From contig OZ037835.1 in the NCBI GenBank assembly GCA_964035575.1, positions 1,054,001 through 1,118,000 of the forward strand: a stretch of DNA of 64,000 bases. The letters are read 5' to 3'. The translations under genes and the position numbers were made by a program. The notes below the pieces were generated by a model. The model saw only the letters and a list, made by a program, of their open reading frames with translations, had not been told where the DNA came from and ran no database searches. The DNA is from Rhynchopus sp. YZ270_cl-10. Taxonomy: Eukaryota. This document shows positions 58,917 to 64,000 of the stretch, piece after piece. Numbering within the stretch: position 1 is the first letter of the stretch; each line of letters begins with the position of its first letter.

Positions 58917-61333
58917 TGTGTGGTTTTGGGAGGAGGGACGTAGACCGTCCGAGCTCCTTGTGTGGTGGATGTGTTCTGTAATGTGTGAGGTTTGTAATGT
59001 ATGAAGGTATGTCAACACATTTTGACACATTTATTTTTTTTTTGAGAAGGACACCAACAGATCTCCGAAGATCAAAAACCAGGGAAAGAAAAAACGCTCC
59101 AGGAAGCGTTGGGCGGGTTCTATTCTTTCGACATCGCAAAGCTCAAACGTCGACCTCGAACAGTTCGTCCTACTCGTCTAGCTCGTAGGAGACACCCGCA
59201 GCAAAACATCAGCGCCTGGTGAAAGAACAGAATACGTACAGAACTCTCCTACTGCCGCAGAGATCAAGACAAGCAGTACAAGAGGCAGTAACCTTCCTTT
59301 TGTGAACTGATCAGCCGTGCCCCCAACGAGCCGGAGCTGGTCGCCTACGTGACGCATTTTCTGTCGACAAGAAAACATCAAGCCTAACAAAATACCTGCC
59401 GAAAAGTAGTGGATACATTGCGAAGGAGGGGCCATCATGGAAACCCCTAGGATTCTCAAGCTCCTCAAGTCCAAAAGGCAGAGACCCCGAAACAGAGCCT
59501 CGTCTTCCAACAGGAGACGTTGAAGGGCTGCTTTCGTTTTCAGCAAGGAGCATGACTACATGCAAGGAGTCCGCGCAAGGACCAGCACACCCAGCAGCGG
59601 GGACTGCGGTGGATGGAGGAGGTGGCGGATGTGGAGATGGCGACCGCGGCCTCCACCAAGGGCCAACGGTGGAGTGCTCTGCGCAAAGCTCCGGAAGTGC
59701 GCAGAGGTGTGTGGCCTGTCGGAACAGTCTCCTGTTTCCAGGAAAGGGCTTTCGTCGCGGGGATGCTGCAAGGCGAGATGGCGGAGGAGCAGACGCCTTT
59801 GTTAATGGTGTTCCGGAGGGGGGGCGATATTGACAGGTCCCTGTCAGGTCCTTGACAAAGGGGGCTCCGCTCTATAAGTGGTGGGTTATGTTTTTGCCTG
59901 GAAGGATGCAGAGTGAAAACACCAACATATGCATTTTTTGGAATCCATCCATCCAGTAGTGGGGTCAATTAAAAATATATCCGTTTCGCTTGATCAGATC
60001 TCGACCGTTTGTTGCATTGCACGCTTCCACCTGCCGACCAGGCTATTTCCTAACTCTGGGGCGTTTTTTCCAAAATTTCGAAAAAGAAATGCAAAAAAAG
60101 TGCGGCATTTTCGTGAGGTTTTTTTCCGCCCAAGAGGGCGTTTTGTTGCATTTCCGAGCCAATCCCGGCTTGTGGTGGGGCATATTCGGAAAAATGGACA
60201 AAAATTTAGTGACTTAAATTTTCGCAAAATATGAACCCATACTCGTAAACAAGGGTCATTGGAGGTACCCTAAATTGGTCAAAAATGGTAAAAATGGTAA
60301 AAATGGTAAAAATGGTAGGAATTTTGGGGGCTTTTTTCGGGGAAAAAAAGGGTGAGGGGAGTTGGGTCCAGTCATAGGGGGTATAGCATATTTTTTGGAA
60401 AATTCTTCAAAAAATCAAGGATTTTTGCTGGGCACAATGAAATTTTCAGAAAAATCCCAATTTTCGGCCAAATTTGGAGCAAATTATGGCCCACCCACCC
60501 CGATTTTGGGTCAAAAACCGACTTCATTTTTGCACAGGAGTGCCTACGATTTCGTAAACCAGAGGTCCTCTGGATGCATGCATTGATAAACACAACACTG
60601 GAAATTGCAAGGAACGGGTCTGCATGTGCGTGTTCTCTAGCCACTACAGTCACAGGGTATGCACAAAATGACCGTATTGTGGCTGAAGTTTGACTTGCGA
60701 AATTTTTTCGCGAACATCTATTTCTGAGGTTTTCTTTGGATTCTTTGGGCCATTTTATGACCTACTAATATGCGTGTTTTTGTACACAAAAGTACGTTTT
60801 TGGGTGCTTCCGAAGGGTCAAAACACCAAAATTTTGCGTTTTTTTTTGCACTTTTTGGTGCCCAAAAACCCAACTCAGGGGTCGAAATTTTCCCGAAAAA
60901 AAAAAATTTTTTTTTCGATTTTTCGATTTTTTGACCAGGCGCTGGCCCATACAAAATGCACTGGTGGTGCAGAAAATGGCCGGGGAATAAACTCTAGATG
61001 CTCAAAACCGCCTAATTCTTGCTTTTTTTGACTTTTTGGTCCCAGAAGGGTACATAGGGTGTAGTGAGCAGGCCTCAAAAACACTTGTGAAAAAAAAAAT
61101 TGGGATTTTTTTTTTTTGAGATTTTTTTCAAAAATCGACTTGTCTGTGGTAAAAATCACGAAATTTTGTGTTCGCGGAACCGCGTTTTAGACCCCCCTAG
61201 ATGCTCAAAAGTGCCAAATTTTGCTTTTAATGGCCTCAAATCGTCGAAATTAGCCCTATATAGGGGCAAAAAAAAAAATTCGAGGGTCTAGGTATGGAGA
61301 GCGAGCACCTTAGAAGGAGGATCGGACCAAAAA

Positions 61334-61488
61334 AGGTACCCTAACATTTCGGTTTTTTTCGGTTTTCATTTCGTTTTATTTCGGTTTTTTCGGTTTTTCT
61401 GGTACAAGGGGAAATTTCCCTTTGCGAAAAAAAAAAAAAACGAAATGGACCGAAATACACCGAATTGGACCGAACAGTTAGGGTACCT
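61334..61488. repeat. Small element with 12-bp terminal inverted repeats
   Basis: AGGTACCCTAAC ... GTTAGGGTACCT, with internal TTTCGG/CCGAA repeats; no clear TSD. Confidence 0.45.
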
Positions 61489-62419
61489 CCATTTCAGGAA
61501 AATTCGGAAAATTCCGACATTTGGAAGCAATTTTTCCCTGAAAAAACAGTGGGTTTTCAGCTCCAAAACATACCGCGATTGGAATTTCCGGAATCCGCCC
61601 GCGCTGTGGTGGGGTCACTTTGCCGAAATGGCCAAATTCTTGGTTTTGGTCAAAATCCATGTAGGGTAAAGAGCCAAGGTAAATCCCACAACCAAATTTT
61701 CTCTCCCTGATCTTGACGTCTTGAAACATGGAAATGCCCGAAAACACCGGCATTTGCATTTCCGGAATCCGTGCGTTGTGTGGTGGGGTCAATTTGCCGA
61801 AATGGACAAGTTCTTGGTTTTGGTCAAAATCCGTCAGTGTAAGGTAAAGGGGGCAAGTGTTTGCATGTAGAAACTGGTAGGGAACAAGAAGCGCCGCAGG
61901 CGCACGGTACCCAACTTTTTTTTTTGTACCTTTTCTCCACTTTCTTTTGATTGCACGAGCCGATTGCTCTTCACGGTGGGGTCATATGTGTCCAAAAACA
62001 CTCTAAGGTATTATTCTGAAATAAGATTCAATGGTTTCTTAAGGAATCCTCATATCGTGATATCTCTGAAAACCCTCGAAAATGAACCCCGCCGGAGGCG
62101 GATTTTTTTTATACACATGTGCGCAAAAATAAACTTTTTTCTTGCTTATTTCGCACATTTGGGAGCACGGGACCCCAACATTTTTTTCCCTGGTCACTTT
62201 TTCCCAGACAGAAGTGCCCTACCTAACTTCCCCCTTAGGCGAAAAAAAAGTGCGGCAACCGGGAAAATTTGGTCGGTAAAAAAAGTGCGGCATTTCCAAA
62301 ATCTCAAATCCTAAAATCGAAACTCAGATTTAGGAAATAGCCTGCTGCCGACACACTCTTTTTTTTTTTTTTTTTTTTTTTTTTTGAAAAAATCAGGGCC
62401 TTCAACCATCGACAAAGCC

Positions 62420-62897
62420 CAGGGATTACGCTCCACGTGTGGAACGTATGGAAATCCATACGTGAATTGTTTTTGAAAAGGTGGAATCCATACGTGTCCA
62501 TACGTGTCCATACGTAGGTAATTTGGGTTTTGGATTGGGGCTGGGGTGGGGTAGGTGAGGAGTGGGGCTCCGCCCCCACCTCTCACCTACCCCCTACAGA
62601 ATTCTATTTGTAGGAGACAATTTTCTATTTTACCGGAAAAGGAGCATGCAGCATGGCGAAAGAAAAAAGTAGCGTACCGTGCGCCTGCGGCGCTAGATTG
62701 CAATACACCCTTCCCGTGACATAATAGGCAATTTTAAGCGCAATTTTTAGAAATGTTGCGTACCGTGGCTTCGCCAGAAACTTTCGTTTTAGCAAAATAT
62801 GGAAGTAAAGTTTACGGAACTGGACCATAGTTACCAACGAAAGTGCCATTTTATGTCAAGATTTTTTAAAAATGTTGCGTACCGTGGCTTCGCCAGG
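62420..62897. repeat. Inverted copy of the 43758-44308 repeat
   Basis: Reverse-complement match including GCGAAGCCACGGTACGC motifs and CCCCAGCCCCAATCCAAAACCCAAATTACCTACGTATGGACACGT. Confidence 0.85.
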
Positions 62898-64000
62898 AAC
62901 ATTTGGATGCCATGACTGATGATTTCTCCAGTTCTTCGAACTTTCACAACCCTTCTCAACCAACTTTGCCAGGGAGAGCGCGCGCGAAGCGCGCGCGGTT
63001 TTTAATTGTTTTTGCTTAGAATTGTACGTGTTGAAAATCCATACGTACTTTTTTTATTTTTGGGGGAGCTGCGTAATCCCTGACAAAGCCTGTCCACAGT
63101 TTTGTCGAAGTAAAAATAAATAAAAAAAATTGACCTCCCCGAGCCCGCGCGCGCTTCGCACGCGCGGGTGCAGCAAATCACAGGGAGAAGCTCTCAGGGG
63201 GTTTATATAGGTTTTGGTCATTTTTGAAAACTCGGTCAGCCAAAAAACTCCGCCTGTCCCACACACGTGTATTTCAACACAAGCAGCATTGGTAGCTTTG
63301 TAGCCACTGGTGATCCACAAGCCGTAGTGGGTATCACAGCTGTCTTATCAGTAAGCTCAGTACATATATAACAACAAAGGTCCCTGGCGAAGCCACGGTA
63401 CGCAACATTTCAAATATTGCGCATACCATGGCGCTATATTTACAGCCAAACTATGTTATGGGAAGGGTGGAATGCCTGCTTGCGCCGCAGGCGCACGGTA
63501 CGCTACTTTTGCCTGGCTCACTCCTCGCTGGGTTCTACGAGCTCTGTCCAAATGGTCACAGTGGATCACAGGAGAATGTTAAAGTTAAAACCCTGAACCG
63601 AGTTTCTCCCGTGGACTACCCTGCAACTCGGTCAGAGATAAAAGGATTTTGCTAAAATCCCATATTTTTTTTTTGAGATTTGTCGAACTTCGACAAAAAA
63701 AAAAACCAAAATAAAAAAGTTGTCGAAGTTAAGGCTTAACTTCGACACGTTGAAGGCCCTGGAAAAAATTGATTGTTTCCAGCACACGCGGACTGTGTCA
63801 GTGTGTGATGGTATATGATTATTGCCTGAAGTACAGAAAATGGGAGTGTCGGTGGCGGAGCACAAAAGAGGTAAAATGAGAAACATACCGGGTGGGGTCT
63901 CTGATCTAATCTGTGCGACGAATATATTTCCCCTAACACGCCATGTTTGGCCAGGGCCTCTCCAGCGCGTCAGTTGCAAAAAAAAAATGCAATACCCCCC

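Noticed and set aside
59178..59968. Short GC-rich ORFs upstream of RRP44
   Set aside because: No recognisable motifs or consistent frame.

Overview
This is eukaryotic nuclear DNA, most likely from a diplonemid euglenozoan: a 39-nt spliced-leader sequence of the diplonemid type is present, and one gene has a canonical GT-AG intron. All recognisable host genes lie on the minus strand. They are an ankyrin-repeat protein, six ubiquitin-like (UBL)+LRR paralogues (four in a tandem array at 22.0-43.3 kb), a type I membrane protein with Cys-rich repeats, a secreted purple acid phosphatase, a UBL+DUF4116-like protein and a two-exon RRP44/DIS3. The most notable part is the UBL-LRR array, whose UBL-LRR linker looks like a retroposition hot spot. 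(A) A 1.76-kb insert with a 12-bp TSD begins with a complete spliced leader plus the 5' part of another paralogue's mRNA, fused at the homologous position to a repeat-rich non-coding module. (B) A 1.6-1.85-kb non-coding insert with an 18-bp TSD, present in two units, begins exactly with an HDV-like ribozyme fold. Upstream of the same gene, a CACTA/CMC-like TIR element carries a decayed CRE/SLACS-like reverse transcriptase. The window also holds a non-autonomous piggyBac-like element, (TATTCCCC)n tracts of variable length, a 7.8-kb satellite of 43-bp units and several dispersed repeats and MITE-like elements. All calls come from reading the sequence by eye; no searches were run.
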